DNA of 64,000 nt, the filler included, from Pelomyxa schiedti (lineage: Eukaryota; Protista; Evosea), in NCBI GenBank assembly GCA_020536535.1. It is 14 parts of 14 records of this genome, joined end to end, with 100 filler letters (N's around TTAATTAATTAA, not from the genome) between each part and the next. Parts side by side here need not be neighbours in the genome. Positions count along the whole stretch, not along the records: positions 34,403 to 53,417 come from JAHLWZ010000367.1; 13 more parts are not named here. One strand, given 5' to 3'. Positions within the stretch are counted from its first letter, which is position 1; every line of letters begins with the position of its first letter. This document shows positions 36,567 to 49,519 of the stretch, in pieces. A model generated the notes under the pieces. The model made no database searches. It was given only the letters and a program-made list of their open reading frames with translations, and was not told the origin of the DNA. Both the position numbers and the translations under genes were made by a program.

Positions 36567-37826
36567 ATGACAACTTCGACGGCTGCAACAGCCACACCGA
36601 TTTGTTGTGTGCGGCGGCCGCAGCGCCCTCCTCCTCGTCATGGGGCCCAGCCACGCCCTCCACCTGGCCCGCCACCTGCTGTGGTCCCGCCTCGTGCTCC
36701 CCACCCTCGCCGGGTTCGCCCTCGCCGTGGCCGCCGCCCCCGCGTCGGGTGCCGACCGCGGCGCGTGCGCCCTGCTCTCGTTCGTGGTCTCCCCGGTTCT
36801 CCTCAGCGTGGCCGGCGGGCCCTCGTGGGTGCCCTGCGCCTGGCCCCCCTTCGCATCGCAGCTCGTGGACGCGCGCCACGTGGCCTGGCACTCGTTCCTG
36901 GGGATCTGGACCGTCTGCGACCTGCTCACTGGGGCCGAAACCGGAGTGAAGCCGCCCACGGGCACGCAGGGGGTGATGCCGGGGGGCAAGTGGGCGGTCA
37001 GCTCCAAGTGGGGTGTGTCGGCCACCCAGGGCTGGAATGTCATTGTGGGAGTTGTGTCAATGAGCCGTGTTCTTGATGTTGTGGTTGCTGGTGGTGGTGG
37101 TGGTGGGGACAAAGAAGAAGAAGAAGATAAGCTCGATGGTGGATGCTTCGTTTTTGTTTCTGTGCCTGTGGTGGAGGAAGATATGTATGTAACGGTCGAT
37201 GTGCATATCGACAATTCCCACGGCAGTGAGGCCATCATTGCGCAAACCACAAGGAAATGTGTTGTGTTTTTCGTTGTTGACCTGGAGCAGACATTCAACA
37301 GCAGGAGACTTGTGGTTTTGAGCACCACAAGGTGGGCTTTCCCAACTGTTGATCACTCCTTTCTGCAGTGTGTTGTGATGAGGACGAGAAGGAGCAGCAA
37401 CACTGACGCATCCTCTGTGTCACGTGTTTTCATTGTGAGGTGTTTAGTGAGGGGTCTCTCCAGCTCCACATTATTCCGTGTTGAGGAGGGAACAGGTGCC
37501 TCCCAAGCCATCATGATTACGCATCAGGATGGTTATGAAGTGTTCAATGTTCAGCACGTGACTGACTCGCTGTTCTGTGTTTCATCATGCCTCTGGAATG
37601 ACCACCAGGAGACAACACCGTGCACAACTGTGATGATGCTCAACACCCAGTGACCGTGGGTGAGTGGAGGTCTCCGTGTGCGTTCACTGCCGGTGGGTTC
37701 ATATTCAACATACCCAGACACAGGCTTGATGTGCTTGAACCAACAAGTGGTACGATTGTACTTACAATCCACATCCCTGAGCTCATGTTGGTCCACCTTT
37801 TAACAGCCCCCTGGACCACCTTTTAA
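36567..37826 (+). pseudogene. HPRCG-family copy related to 34403-35611, frame breaks near 36600 and 37610
   Basis: CGGRSALLLVMG; VDLEQTFNSRRLVVLSTTR; TDSLFCVSS; final part LDVLEPTSGTIVLTI in another frame. Confidence 0.7.
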
Positions 37827-37968
37827 CAGTCCTCAAATTACCAGCTGTGACAACAGAAAAACAACACACAGCTGGAGGCAAGCACACTGTTTTCAACAGA
37901 ATTAATGTTTATTTTTTTGTCTCATGCTCCATGGAAGCTACTGCAACTCTAAAGCAGGTTACCCTGAG

Positions 37969-39201
37969 TCAGCCCAAAAGGGAGTTCTCTCTGATGTGGA
38001 ACTCTGATGGTGGAGTGAAGGAAACAACAAGAGAGGTGACAATGAAGCCTGACCTTGCATCCATCACCACAACCTCACCACTATCAAGCAACACAAGCAT
38101 GAAACCCCACCTCCCACCAACAATCTCGTTGGCAGGGGCAAGTCCACACCCAGTCTCCACAATCCTCAGTGGTTGGTCGAGGTTGTTGCAGTCCCACACC
38201 TCATACGATGCCATTTCTTTGGTGCAAACGCAGAACACACATGCGTCGACCTGGACGACAGCAATTCCCCTGTGTGACAGTTGCTTGGCACTCCCTGTTG
38301 TGCAGTCAACTGCCTTGATCCCCCTGTTTCTGTTCTCCATTGTTGACGCCACGAAAACAACACCGCCGCTCGATCTCCTCATAGCACAAACAGAACACAA
38401 TAAACACCGCAATCCAACTTGCACTGAAGCCGCCACAACAAGCCTCTTTGATTGGAATGTGCTCCCAACATCTATCAATCTGAACACAGTGTTCCTCAGC
38501 TCAGTGGTGCACATGAGGACCTCGTCAGGGTCAAGAAAGTTCTCAAAAAACCCGACGAAAGCCACATCACCCTCAGGAACAAACACCACGGCAGCAGGCT
38601 CAACAACAACACAGCTGGAACAGCTGCCCATAATTGACGATTCGTCAGGCAGCCTCCTGATGGACAGCGCGCGCCCAGAGTCGTTGGAGATGGAGTGCTC
38701 GGTCACAACCAGCCACTTTCTGTTGGCGAAACTGGAGGTGCTCCCAAGGCCTGTTTGCAAGCGAATTGTGGGACGACCATCACTCACCCCAGCCGTCGCC
38801 ACAGAGGCACCATCGACCGCTTGGTAATCGGCCTTCAGCACGACGTGCTGTGAAAGCCACTTGAGGGGCCCTGTTGTTGTGCATGTGACGTTGCTGCTGT
38901 TCAGCACGCTGTTGAGCAGTGGCGACACGATTATGGGAACTGAGCACCACGAAGCTGGCAGTGAGAAAGATCGCCCAAGCACAGCGATGAAGTGGCGCGC
39001 CGTAGCAACGACCAAGTCGCGCCACATTGCGCACATTATGGGACCAACGGAGCAGATGATTCGCGCGGGGCTGTGAGCACCGCAACGAGGGTGCGACGAC
39101 GACAAAATGGCAATGAACTGACTCACGGCCGTTGTTGTGGAGCCTTTCTTCATCACAACAGCAGGGACGTCGCTCGTCGTTGGTTGATTTTTGCCCGACA
39201 T
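37969..39201 (-). CDS. HPRCG-family protein, intact
   Basis: 410-aa ORF with AVSQFIAILSSSHPRCGAHSP, NRKWLVV, YEVWDCNNLDQPLR. Confidence 0.85.
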   Translation of the reverse strand: MSGKNQPTTSDVPAVVMKKGSTTTAVSQFIAILSSSHPRCGAHSPARIICSVGPIMCAMWRDLVVATARHFIAVLGRSFSLPASWCSVPIIVSPLLNSVLNSSNVTCTTTGPLKWLSQHVVLKADYQAVDGASVATAGVSDGRPTIRLQTGLGSTSSFANRKWLVVTEHSISNDSGRALSIRRLPDESSIMGSCSSCVVVEPAAVVFVPEGDVAFVGFFENFLDPDEVLMCTTELRNTVFRLIDVGSTFQSKRLVVAASVQVGLRCLLCSVCAMRRSSGGVVFVASTMENRNRGIKAVDCTTGSAKQLSHRGIAVVQVDACVFCVCTKEMASYEVWDCNNLDQPLRIVETGCGLAPANEIVGGRWGFMLVLLDSGEVVVMDARSGFIVTSLVVSFTPPSEFHIRENSLLG

Positions 39202-39281
39202 CCGATTACTATGAGATTGTGTGATTTCCCTGAAATCAATTTTCCAAAGTGCCTTTCTAATCGAATAGTCCTACTTGATTA

Positions 39282-39722
39282 TTACACTGTTGAGAAATCT
39301 CTGAAGCCATTGAGAAACATCTTGCACAGAACAAAGCCAGACACAGCATCAACAATTCTGATGTTGTTTGGTGCCAATTGATTTGCATCATAGAACAGAA
39401 AAGCTTCATGCCCAAACCTCACTCTTTCTCTTCCACGCAGTACCTGGTGTGAGCAGCACACCTTGGTTGGCTCAAACACACTGTACACTTCTATTCTGCG
39501 ATCTTGTCCACTGGATATGCACGTTGCTGCGTATGGCCCCCCAATTAGGCTTGTAAACAATTGGTGTGCAATCTTCGGCAATGCACTCCTCTGGCCTGTG
39601 CTCAGGCAAAGAAGCCCTTGGTTGTCAGAGAGCACTGCGTGGGCCAATCCCTCCCAGCACACAACAGAATCAATGAATGCATCATTGCGGATGGAAAATG
39701 AGATCCGATTCTCTAGATCCAA
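39282..39722 (-). pseudogene. Duplicated 3' fragment of the 39978-41188 gene
   Basis: FIDSVVCWEGLAHAVLSDNQGLLCLSTGQRSALP identical to the neighbour; shares its 3' flank atagtcctacttgattatta. Confidence 0.75.
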
Positions 39723-39977
39723 TGCGGGCTTGATGGAATTACTGGAATAAGGCAGCGACGATCTTATGAGACATGGAACGCACTAATGCGGACTGCAGCG
39801 GTGATTGATTCTGAGGCAATCTCGACTGAGAATTGGACAACAGCGTGGCTTCGAAGCTAACCGCACCTAACCGCACCAAAATTAATTATCCTTTGAACAC
39901 GTGCAACCCAAGCACGAGAACAAGCAAGAGAACCTTTACACCCATACTCTCTTTCGTTCTTTTTCCCCTGTGGGGCT

Positions 39978-41188
39978 TTATTCTCTTCCCACAGAAGCTA
40001 ACAATAGTCCTACTTGATTATTATTACAATGTTGAGAAATCTCAATAACACTGAAGCCATTGACAAACATCTTGCACAGAACAAAGCCAGACACAGCATC
40101 AACAATTCTGATGTTGTTTGGTGCCAATTGCTTTTCCACACAAACAGCATCATAGAACAGAAAAGCTTCATGCCCAAACCTCACTCTGTCTCTTCCACGC
40201 AGTACCTGGTGTGAGCAGCACACCTTGGTTGGATCAAACACATTGTACACCTCGATTCTGCAATCTTGTCCACTGGATGCGTACGTTGCTGCGTATGGCC
40301 CCCCAATTGTCAACAATTGATGTGAGATATTCGGCAATGCACTCCTCTGGCCTGTGCTCAGGCAAAGAAGCCCTTGGTTGTCAGAGAGCACTGCGTGGGC
40401 CAATCCCTCCCAGCACACAACAGAATCAATGAACACCACATTGAGGATGGAAAATGACAGGGGGTGGGAAACCAGCCTGTTCTGTTCATTCGCGAATGTG
40501 GCCTCAAGGTTGATGACGAAAATACCACCCTCCAACTGCACAACAAGTGAACTCTCACCACCAAATGCCAGCCTTTCTGCCCTCCCTGGCAGATTCAAAC
40601 CCTTTTCATTGACCAATCCATTCTCAACACCATCGAGGTTCCACACAGACAGAGTGACCTGAAGGTCTCTCTGTAAGCCAACAACCCAACGCCTGTTGCT
40701 GCACCAAGGGTTGAACAGCTCATCCCCAAGGTCACACCCACCACCACTTTTGGTGTCAATCACACAAATGTGGAACCATTCAGGGTGATCATCAGAATCC
40801 TGTGCCAATGTGAGGGCAAACCGATCACCACACGACACAGGCCCAACCCAGTTGTAGAAATCGATGACCTTGCGGCCACCAAACGAGACAATTGCGGGCT
40901 GGCTCACGAGGCCGAGAGTGGGCGACACGCCGACCTTGACGTGCTTGATTGCGTTGTTCTTTGTTCCCATAAGCTTCACCACAACGACTCTGGCGGGGAA
41001 CACGATCCAATCGCGACCAATGATCGACAGGGACGGCGGCGTGAGGGCCGAAACAGGGCTGGACCCACCGCAACGTCCCACAATGACACCAACTCCGAGT
41101 GCGATGAATTGGGCACGTGCATCTTTTTCAATTCAGTTCGCACCACCGCCACACCACCGACATCGTTGTTGTTGTAAGCCATCATCAT
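39978..41188 (-). CDS. HPRCG-family protein (GRCGGSSP subfamily), 5' end possibly disrupted
   Basis: ARAQFIALGVGVIVGRCGGSSP, VGVSPTLG, NRRWVV, IRIVDAVSGFVL; in-frame TGA just upstream of the motif. Confidence 0.7.
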
Positions 41189-41452
41189 CTTCGTCTTCTT
41201 CCTTCCTTCCTTCCAACAAACTGAGTCTGAAGGATGGAAGAGGCATTTACAGCTACATTCATCATACCGTCGATGGCAGGAGAGAGTTGGGAATGCACAG
41301 GCTCCGGAGCCCAGACCCTGTGAGTTGTGAGGGATCACTCCAGCCCGGCATTATTCCGAGACTCACTTTTCTGTGTGTCATCATCCCAGAGTGCACCACT
41401 GTGACGATGTTCAACACCACACATGTGAAGTTTAATGATTCATTTATTATTG

Positions 41453-43013
41453 TTATAGTCCTTGTGCTGCTGCAAACCAGGGATCAGATTCTGGGAACAC
41501 AGTTGGTGATGTGAAGTATGCACGCACACTTGGGTATTTCATGTGCCTTGGCCTCGTTATAGTCACAAGTGGCTTGCTGGTGCTCGTGTCAATGATTGTG
41601 ATCTGTGACTTGTTGTTTCCATGGCAGTGCAGCGCAAAGCCATCACAGAAGTGGAACATTGCCCTGGTGTTGGGGGGTAGAATTGCACCCGCGTTGAATT
41701 CCTGTTGTGGTGAAGAGGGTGTGTTAACGTCAACAAAAGTGTGGTGGGATCCTGACTCCACGAGGAATTGCGAGCACCCAACCTTGGAGAGAATTCCTGG
41801 GATTGGGGTTGTTGTCACAGTGGCACCAGTGCCCAGGCAGAGAACGGTGTTGGTATTGGTGGTGGAAGTGATTGTTGTTGGATCGTTTTGCTGCCAATTT
41901 TTCAGGGCAATGAATGCAGAGCCTGTGTGAGACCAACACACAGCACCGTAGTACAAAGTCGGGCATTGAAGGCGAGGAAGAGGCCACGTCACGGTCCTTT
42001 CAAAAACCAGAGACCTCTGTTGAAATGAGCTGGCAAGATCAACAATTTTCAATTCCAGAGTGGTGCCGTCTGGATGGAGAATTGCCAGGTCAATAGTTGG
42101 TGATGACGACTGTGATGAGTAGAAGCTCTGGGAGAACTGAAATGCAGTGGCAGAGATGACCCTGTCCAACTCAATCATCACAGCTGGCTTTTCAGGCACA
42201 GTTTTTATAACCTTCCAAATGAGAATTACCTGTCGCCCTCTGTCTGGTGTCTCAACAGCCACTGCCCAACGGGAACTGCACCCTGCAACAACAGAATACC
42301 ACCCACGCCATTCATATATCCAATTCTGCAGTAGTTACAATTACATTACATTAAGTTAACAGTGAAGTGTCAGCTGCACATACCACACCATCGTTGCCTT
42401 TTCCAAGGTTCTCTCTGTGCAAAGAGATTGTGTTGCAGAACCTTGTTGGGTCCTGAACCGAGTCCATGATTCTGTTGAGGACCATCACCACGTCACCTCG
42501 ACCCTCCTCGTCGAGGCTCCCAACGACCCTCACGCCCCACGGCCCCCCATAACTGCAACTCCCGTAGTAATTCGCGGGCCACTCCTTGCCTCCCATAATC
42601 GCTGTGCACTTGGGCCGCTCGCACACGCCCCCACTGGCTTCGGACAAGCGCACCGTCACCATCGTGCCCAGGACCATGTCGTCCTCAGTCAATTCCATCA
42701 CGACAACAAACATCCTCCTGGTCATCAGTCTCTTCTTATGCTTCTCCTTTGCCACCTTTGTGCTCCCACAAGTGGAAGATGCACAGCTTGCGTGCTCCTC
42801 ATCAACCGGCACGACGAGCCTGCAGATTCGACGGAGGAGGGGCAGCGTGAGGCACTGGGCTGGCGACGACGACCCACACCGCGGGAGGACGACGGCCGCG
42901 CAGAGGGACGAGGCCTGGGCGTGGGCAGACAGGCGGACGACGCATCCCATAATACCGTCGTTATTGGGCGCGACACTAGTTGCTGTAGCTGTGGGCACCT
43001 GCTGCCACGACAT
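41453..43013 (-). CDS. HPRCG-family protein (PRCGSSSP subfamily), probably one intron near 42285-42380
   Basis: AHAQASSLCAAVVLPRCGSSSPAQCLTLPLLRRI; second exon VDLASSFQQRSLV..ITIIDTSTSKPLVTI. Confidence 0.65.
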
Positions 43014-43153
43014 CGTCCAGAAGAGTTGCGGGTGTGGCTTCGTTTGCCTGATCATTTTTCTGTTGTTTTGATTCGCCGCTTTTCTGTGAAAATAATTCTT
43101 TTTGGGTTTTTTCCCTGCTACAAAACATTTCAATCTTGGGTAAACTGTACAAG

Positions 43154-43225
43154 GGGCGTTTAGCTCAGTGGAAGAGTATCTGACTCCGGATCAGAATGTC
43201 ATGGGTTCAACCCCCATAACGCTCG
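43154..43225 (+). tRNA. tRNA-Arg(CCG)
   Basis: Cloverleaf: GGGCGTT/AACGCTC acceptor, TCTGA-CTCCGGA-TCAGA anticodon arm, ATGGG-TTCAACC-CCCAT T arm; T6 terminator downstream. Confidence 0.93.
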
Positions 43226-43309
43226 AATCTTTTTTGCTGGAAATCTACAAAATCCTTCTTTTGCGGTAGTGTTGTATTGCCAACTCCAAGTTGTATGTTG
43301 TGTTCCGTA

Positions 43310-44205
43310 TCACAACATGTCATAAAAGTCACGTTCTTTGGCAAGGTCATTGGGTGTTCTGCCGTGCTTGTCTTTCTGTGTAATATCAGCACCGTTGCCA
43401 CAGAGAATCTTGCTCAGTTCCTGATTGAAACCAGGCATTAGGTTGGGGAGAAAATCTTAATAATAACTACCTTTCTGTGGTTTGCGAAGGCATAATGCAA
43501 TGGTGACCATCCATCTTTATCAGGAGAGTTGATGAGGGCCAGAACATGCGGGGAGCTTTTCAGCAGTAGCTTGAGGCACTCTTAGGTGAGTGTTGATTTA
43601 TTTTTGTCACAAATTTCAAAAATACCACATGCCCCATGCTTGGAGACATAATGAAGCAGTGTGCATGAGTTTACATCCTGGCAGTTGACATTTGCACCCT
43701 GCCGATTGTTAATTTTGCGATTGTCTTGATATATGATATACCTTGGCCAAAAGTACAGAAAGAATTTCTGCGTTTCCATCCTTGCACGCAAAATGTAATG
43801 GCGTTCTTCCTCCATCATCCACCTGATTTATATCTATTCTCTCTCTAATTCATGCAGTGCCATTGGCAAAATTAATTATTTAATTATTATATTATAATAA
43901 TTATTTGATTATATAATAATGCACATTTCATTCGCAATTTAGTTATACTCCCTACTCCCTCCCATAATGGCAAACCAAGAGAAGGATACACACGGACAAA
44001 ACTTTAGAAGTTCGTTGACGCAGTCGAGGCTGCCGCTCTCGACCGCGTTGTGCAGAATCGGCACGCCAAAGTCGTCTACGTGGTTGAGCCTCCTGGGCCC
44101 ATAAGCCGCGATGCTCTCACGCAGGGCTTCCACGTCACCCTCCATAGCCGCTGTCATCACCCTACCTATTGCACTGTCGTCCATTCCTGGTTGGGCGGAT
44201 GCCAT
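43310..44205 (-). CDS. Ankyrin-repeat protein, multi-exon
   Basis: GVPILHNAVESGSLDCVNELL; GANVNCQDVNSCTLLHY; GADITQKDKHGRTPNDLA. Confidence 0.8.
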
Positions 44206-44387
44206 TTTGTTCGGATCTGAGAAATCTGTTCAGATGGGGCAGTACACAACGTCGTCCCTGGGATCAAGTGTTGTTGCCCAAAGAAAAAAAAAGGAAACGC
44301 CGGTGGCACAAAAACTGATCGACGTTCGAACGAACTAAAGTTTTTTCTTAAATTTTTTAATAACCAAACATCTCGTATCTCTTGGGT

Positions 44388-47300
44388 ATGACGGACGCGC
44401 CCTCGGATCGTCGTTCTCCTCACAACCCACAGCCCCAATCGGCGCCCTCTCCCACAATTGCGGCTTTGCCCCCGCCGTTCCACCCGGCGCCCCGGCCTCC
44501 CCCCGCCTTCGTTGCCCCTACTCCGCCGCCCCTCCCACAATCCCAAACCGAAGCGTCGAGCTCCGCCCCCAACTCGCCCGCAACCTCCCCCGCGTCCTCC
44601 TCCCACAATTCCGCGTCGGCGCCCCGCTCCTCGTCCGGCGGCGTCGTCAGCCTCCCTCCGCCGTCGCCTCCTTCGTCGCGCGCCCCCCGGCCCCCAACCG
44701 GCGTCGTTTCTTCGTCGGCGAGCGATTCTCGGAAGCCCGATGGCGTTGTGCCTTTGGCTACCTCTACAACAACATCTACAACAGAAACAAGCAACACAAC
44801 CAATAACAATAGTAATACTGGTAGTACCATTAGAAATAGTGGTGGCAGTGATGACCGTAAAACGCAGTCAGTGTCACCACTCTCGGTGCCTACTTATGTT
44901 GTTCCTGCAAGTGTATTGGAATGTATGCTGGATGACAGTTCTGGCTCTCCTTCAAAGTCACCACTTCCACCTCTGAGCGCGGCTATTGTGTCTATGAGCG
45001 GAAAGTCAATGGACTTCCTGGATACGCGGCTGGGGGACCAGAGAACCCTAACCCAGGAGAAGCCTAGGAGTCAGGAGGAAAATCAGAAGCCAAGTGACCC
45101 TCTCTTGATATGGGCGGAGGCATTGATGCAAGAACGCCAGAGAGGACTGTATGACTTGGCTGATTCCGGCGGAACTGACAGGAGTGAACCGGAACCCCCA
45201 AAGGCGACCCCTAGTGGTGCTTGTACTACAGCAGAGGAAAGCAGTGTAATTTTAAATATAAATGACAACAACACCCACACAACACATCATGAGCCACTGG
45301 AGCGCCATTCAGTTGAAACTCAGTCTGATCACACAAATAATATAATATTACCTGATAGTGAGAACGCCCCACTACCTAGTAATAAAACTACCGAGGAAAC
45401 TTCACTTCCACTTCCACTTCCACCCCCACCTCCACTTCCTCCCTTGGAGAGTGATTCTGCATGCGCTGCAAGATTAGAACCTTCTCCGAATAGTTGCAAA
45501 GATGGTGTGGAAGAAAGCAGTGCCAATGTACTCATTCCAAGTGAGAAAGAGATTCCCGACACAGGCCCATTGGGACCTACAAGTGATAGAGTTCTTGAAT
45601 CCATAACAATAACATCAACAAAAACAGTCACACAAGTTACGGTGAGGCAACCCTTTTCTCAGACAAAACTTAACACTACCCAGTTGTATGTGATAGAAAT
45701 AAAATGGAAAACAAAGGAAAGCACATTTGTCATATATACTTTGGAGAAGCGGTACCGGGATTTTGCTGACTTGCATTCAAAGGTAAATCCTTTCCGTAGT
45801 CACAATATAACTCACTGATACGCAGCTTAGCACCTCCTTCAATACCCTTCCTTCTCTTCCTGGGAAGAAAATGTTTGGATCTCAGGATGAATGCTTTGTT
45901 CAGCAAAGAAAACTTGCATTGGAGAAGTATGTGTCCATAATTTCAAATTAGATGTGACCAAGAAAAAGGTACTTGAATGCCATTGCCACTACACCAACGT
46001 TGGTTTCTTCCAAGCCATTTCAAGAGTTTATCCAGGTAAAACTAAGTTTCGGTAACACAACTTGTTGACTTTATTCAGGAAAATTCGTCTACGTACGAAA
46101 TAATTCTATGTTACAATATTCTTGGTTCTAATATACCCTAGGATCACCAATTCCGGAAAGCCACACCTGACATTTACTCAAAGTAGGCGCTCTATAATTC
46201 CACCAAGTGAAGTGGGAGAACAAAAACTTCAAACGCAAGTCATAGAACTGCAGGTCCTTTTTGTTGGAAAGCCTCTGATAATACAACTTGTATTTTAGGA
46301 GAAAAACAAGCTGCTGTGTGAAGAGAATCTTGATATCCAGCAACAGATTGCGATGTTGCAAGAAGACTTAGAGACAGCAAGAACTCTCAGTGAGGTAGTC
46401 ATACCCCATTCTTACTGCCAAACTTCATAAGATAATTAAATAATTAGGATCTGGAAGACCGTTTACTATATTCTGAAGAGATTCGGAGACTCAAAGAAGA
46501 AGAACTTTCCTCTGCAACATCGAAATATAATCAAATCGCATCATTGTAAGCATCACATATGATGGAAATAACAAATTGACTCACCTAGGGCTAAAACGAC
46601 GGCTGAAAAAAAAGACAATTTAATCTCTGCCACGCACACAAAATTAGAAGCCTCACAGACTCAAGTGAGCTCCCTCCTGAAAACCCTGAATGCAGGTTGG
46701 CCATATTTGGTTAAATCACAAGGGGACTTACAATTTACAGCACGGGAGGAGGCGGTGCTGCGGGAAAGGAGAATGTTATCTCTTCAGAAACAACGAAACC
46801 AAGTGCAACAGCAGCTTCAGAAAGTACAAGATTCATCCCAAGCACAATCTATCCCTGGATCCAGTGTGACTATGCCAAATATGTATCAGTTGCTGCAAAT
46901 AGTAGCAATAATAATAACACTGGATTTAGAGAAATACCTGCTGCTCCTAAGACCCTCCGAGGAAAAACTTGGCAAAAGTAAGAAGAAGCTTTGTTTAATT
47001 TCTGACTCTCAAAATCAGTGGAGGTTTGAAAGAAAGTCCTATTCAGCAAATACAACGAGAAAGAAATGCCCTTGCAGAGCTTCTTGCTGCGAAAGATGCG
47101 GAACTGGCTGGTATCTATTACCTTAAAAGTAATCCCACTGATGTTCCTTAGTGTTAACCAAAGGAAAGGCAGTGCCGATATGCTCCTCCTCACCTGCAGC
47201 CCCCACTGAGGATTCCATGGAAGATATGGATGCTCAACTCATCAAACAGAAAGCTTATATCACACGTTTGGAAGTACTGACACACGATGGATTTCTCCTT

Positions 47301-49186
47301 TTCACTGAAGATTAGGGCCGGATTTCCGAGCTTGAAAACACTGTTTCTTGCCTCAATGGAGAACTCTGTGAAATGAAAGCTGGCTACGATTCTAGTACCG
47401 GTCTTCTTCATGAGAAATTGGATACTGCCCACAAGGAGATTGTCATTGTCAAGTAAAGAGTTTTCTTTGGAAATTACAAGGAATTAAAAGGAAGTGCAGG
47501 AACGAACTCAGTGCTTGTAACAAGAGACGTCTTGTAGCCGAAGAAACTGTGAAACAGTTATCTGATGTCAAGAGCAACTTATGGGAGAAGCACACTGTAT
47601 TGGCTTTATTTTTAAAATCCTTTGACTCCAAAGTAGGCTCTTAAAGAAAAACTCAAGAAAGCACAAACCGAAGTTGAGGAAAAAAACAGTGAAATCGATT
47701 TGCTACGAGTTGTAATTGAAGGAGAAAAAAGAGTATGCAGTTTAATTTATTCTTAATTTTTAATCCATCTTTCAGAAACAACAAGCTTCTGCCCCAGCCA
47801 AAAGTAGCAAGACACTCACAAAGGTATTGTCTTTTCTGACATACTTGGTTTCTAATGCTTCACAGTCGGAAGTAACAGCACAAGCACTCTGCCAGGTTTT
47901 TTTTTTTTTTTTACACTCGCAATTTGATAATTAACTCACATCTAGGCAAAAGCGTACCAGGACCAACTAACTCATTTGGCATTTGAGGTTTGTTTCCCTG
48001 TTATCCAGTCTGCCTTGACATAAATCACAGATGGACCGACTGAAATACACATTGGCACTTGCAGAAGCAGAGAAAAACTTTGAAAAACAGCAGCACCAAG
48101 CAGATCTCGCCTCCGTCAAGCTGGATTATATCAAGGTGGCTATGGCCATGAAAGAAGCAGGGTTACCAGTGCGGCAGCCACTGTCTTCATTACGATTCTA
48201 ACTTCGCTGCAGCCGAAATATTCCGAACTTGATAAATATGAACAAGTGGCGTCCAAGCTGTACATGATGGACGATCTCTTGGGTGACCTGAAAGACTTGC
48301 AAGAAAAGTAACAAAAAGCCAACCTTTTCGTTCTCATTGTTGCCAGATATTTCTTTGCCCTGGCTATGAACATCAAGATAGCCGAGGGCTCCTCCACCAC
48401 AATCGACGTGAATCACCTTTGGACACTGGCATGCACCCAAAAGGTTCCCCACAAATCTTGGCACAGCTGGATTCTCAGTATGCTGAATCCAACAACCACA
48501 TCAGCCCCAACTCCAACAACAACATCATCAACAACAACTACCCCCGCACCTTCCACAGCATCAACATCATCACCGCAACAACAACAACAAGCAAACACCC
48601 TCCGGCACACAACAACACCGCCGGGAACATATGCCACCATGCGGCCAAGCCGCTACCGCACCATGACCAATCTACCACCATCCACATCACATTCACACTC
48701 TTCATCATCGGTAACAGCTTCCACATCCCCACCACCGGTTATGGACAAGTCCACGTCGCCGCCGCTCTTGGCACCTCCAACAACTCCGGCTCCAACACCC
48801 ACTCCAACATCGACTTCATCTTCTCCTCCAAGCACCACTCCCTCTCCACCAGTGTCAGCAGCAGTTCCTTCAAGAAAGATATCCACATCACTCGNNNNNN
48901 NNNNNNNNNNNNNNNNNNNNNNNNNNNNNNNNNNNNNNNNNNNNNNNNNNNNNNNNNNNNNNNNNNNNNNNNNNNNNNNNNNNNNNNNNNNNNNCCTCCA
49001 ACAACTCCGGCTCCAACACCCACTCCAACATCGACTTCATCTTCTCCTCCAAGCACCACTCCCTCTCCACCAGTGTCAGCAGCAGTTCCTTCAAGAAAGA
49101 TATCCACATCACTCGTACAGCCGCAAAACACCACGCGGCCTAGAGCGTCATCGCAACCCATTCCGCCAAGCACACTACCACCATAG
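44388..49186 (+). CDS. PX-domain and coiled-coil protein with Pro/Ser/Thr-rich termini, many introns
   Basis: YVIEIKW..KRYRDFADLHSK; next exons LPGKKMFG..FVQQRKLALEKYL; heptad-rich exons follow. Confidence 0.75.
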
Positions 49187-49399
49187 AGATCAGTATCCCT
49201 CACCGCAATACCAGAAACCCACATTCCACAAAAACCCTGAACCCGATGTACTATGAACAACAAAAAAAATTTGCCCCCGCACAGAGTCCTCTCTTCTAAC
49301 CATTTTTCTACGGAGCCTGTCACAGCAAACACAAGCCCATCTCTTTATCGAAAGAAAAAAAGCGAGACAAAACTTGTTTTTCCCTGCCGGAAAAAAAAT

Positions 49400-49472
49400 T
49401 GGTTCCGCTGGGTGTCGATCCCAGGACCTCAAGTGTGTAAAACTTACGTGCTACCAGTTGCACTACGAAACC
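49400..49472 (-). tRNA. tRNA-Val(TAC)
   Basis: GGTTTCG/CGGAACC acceptor, GTGC/GCAC D stem, TAAGT-TTTACAC-ACTTG anticodon arm, CTGGG-ATCGACA-CCCAG T arm; T8 terminator. Confidence 0.9.
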
Positions 49473-49519
49473 TTCTTGTGTGTAGTTTGTCACGCTACAC
49501 CATTTTAAAGATGTAGGCG

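Noticed and set aside
48775-49115. About 120-nt direct repeat on both sides of the 100-N gap
   Set aside because: Typical unresolved contig overlap, not a biological repeat
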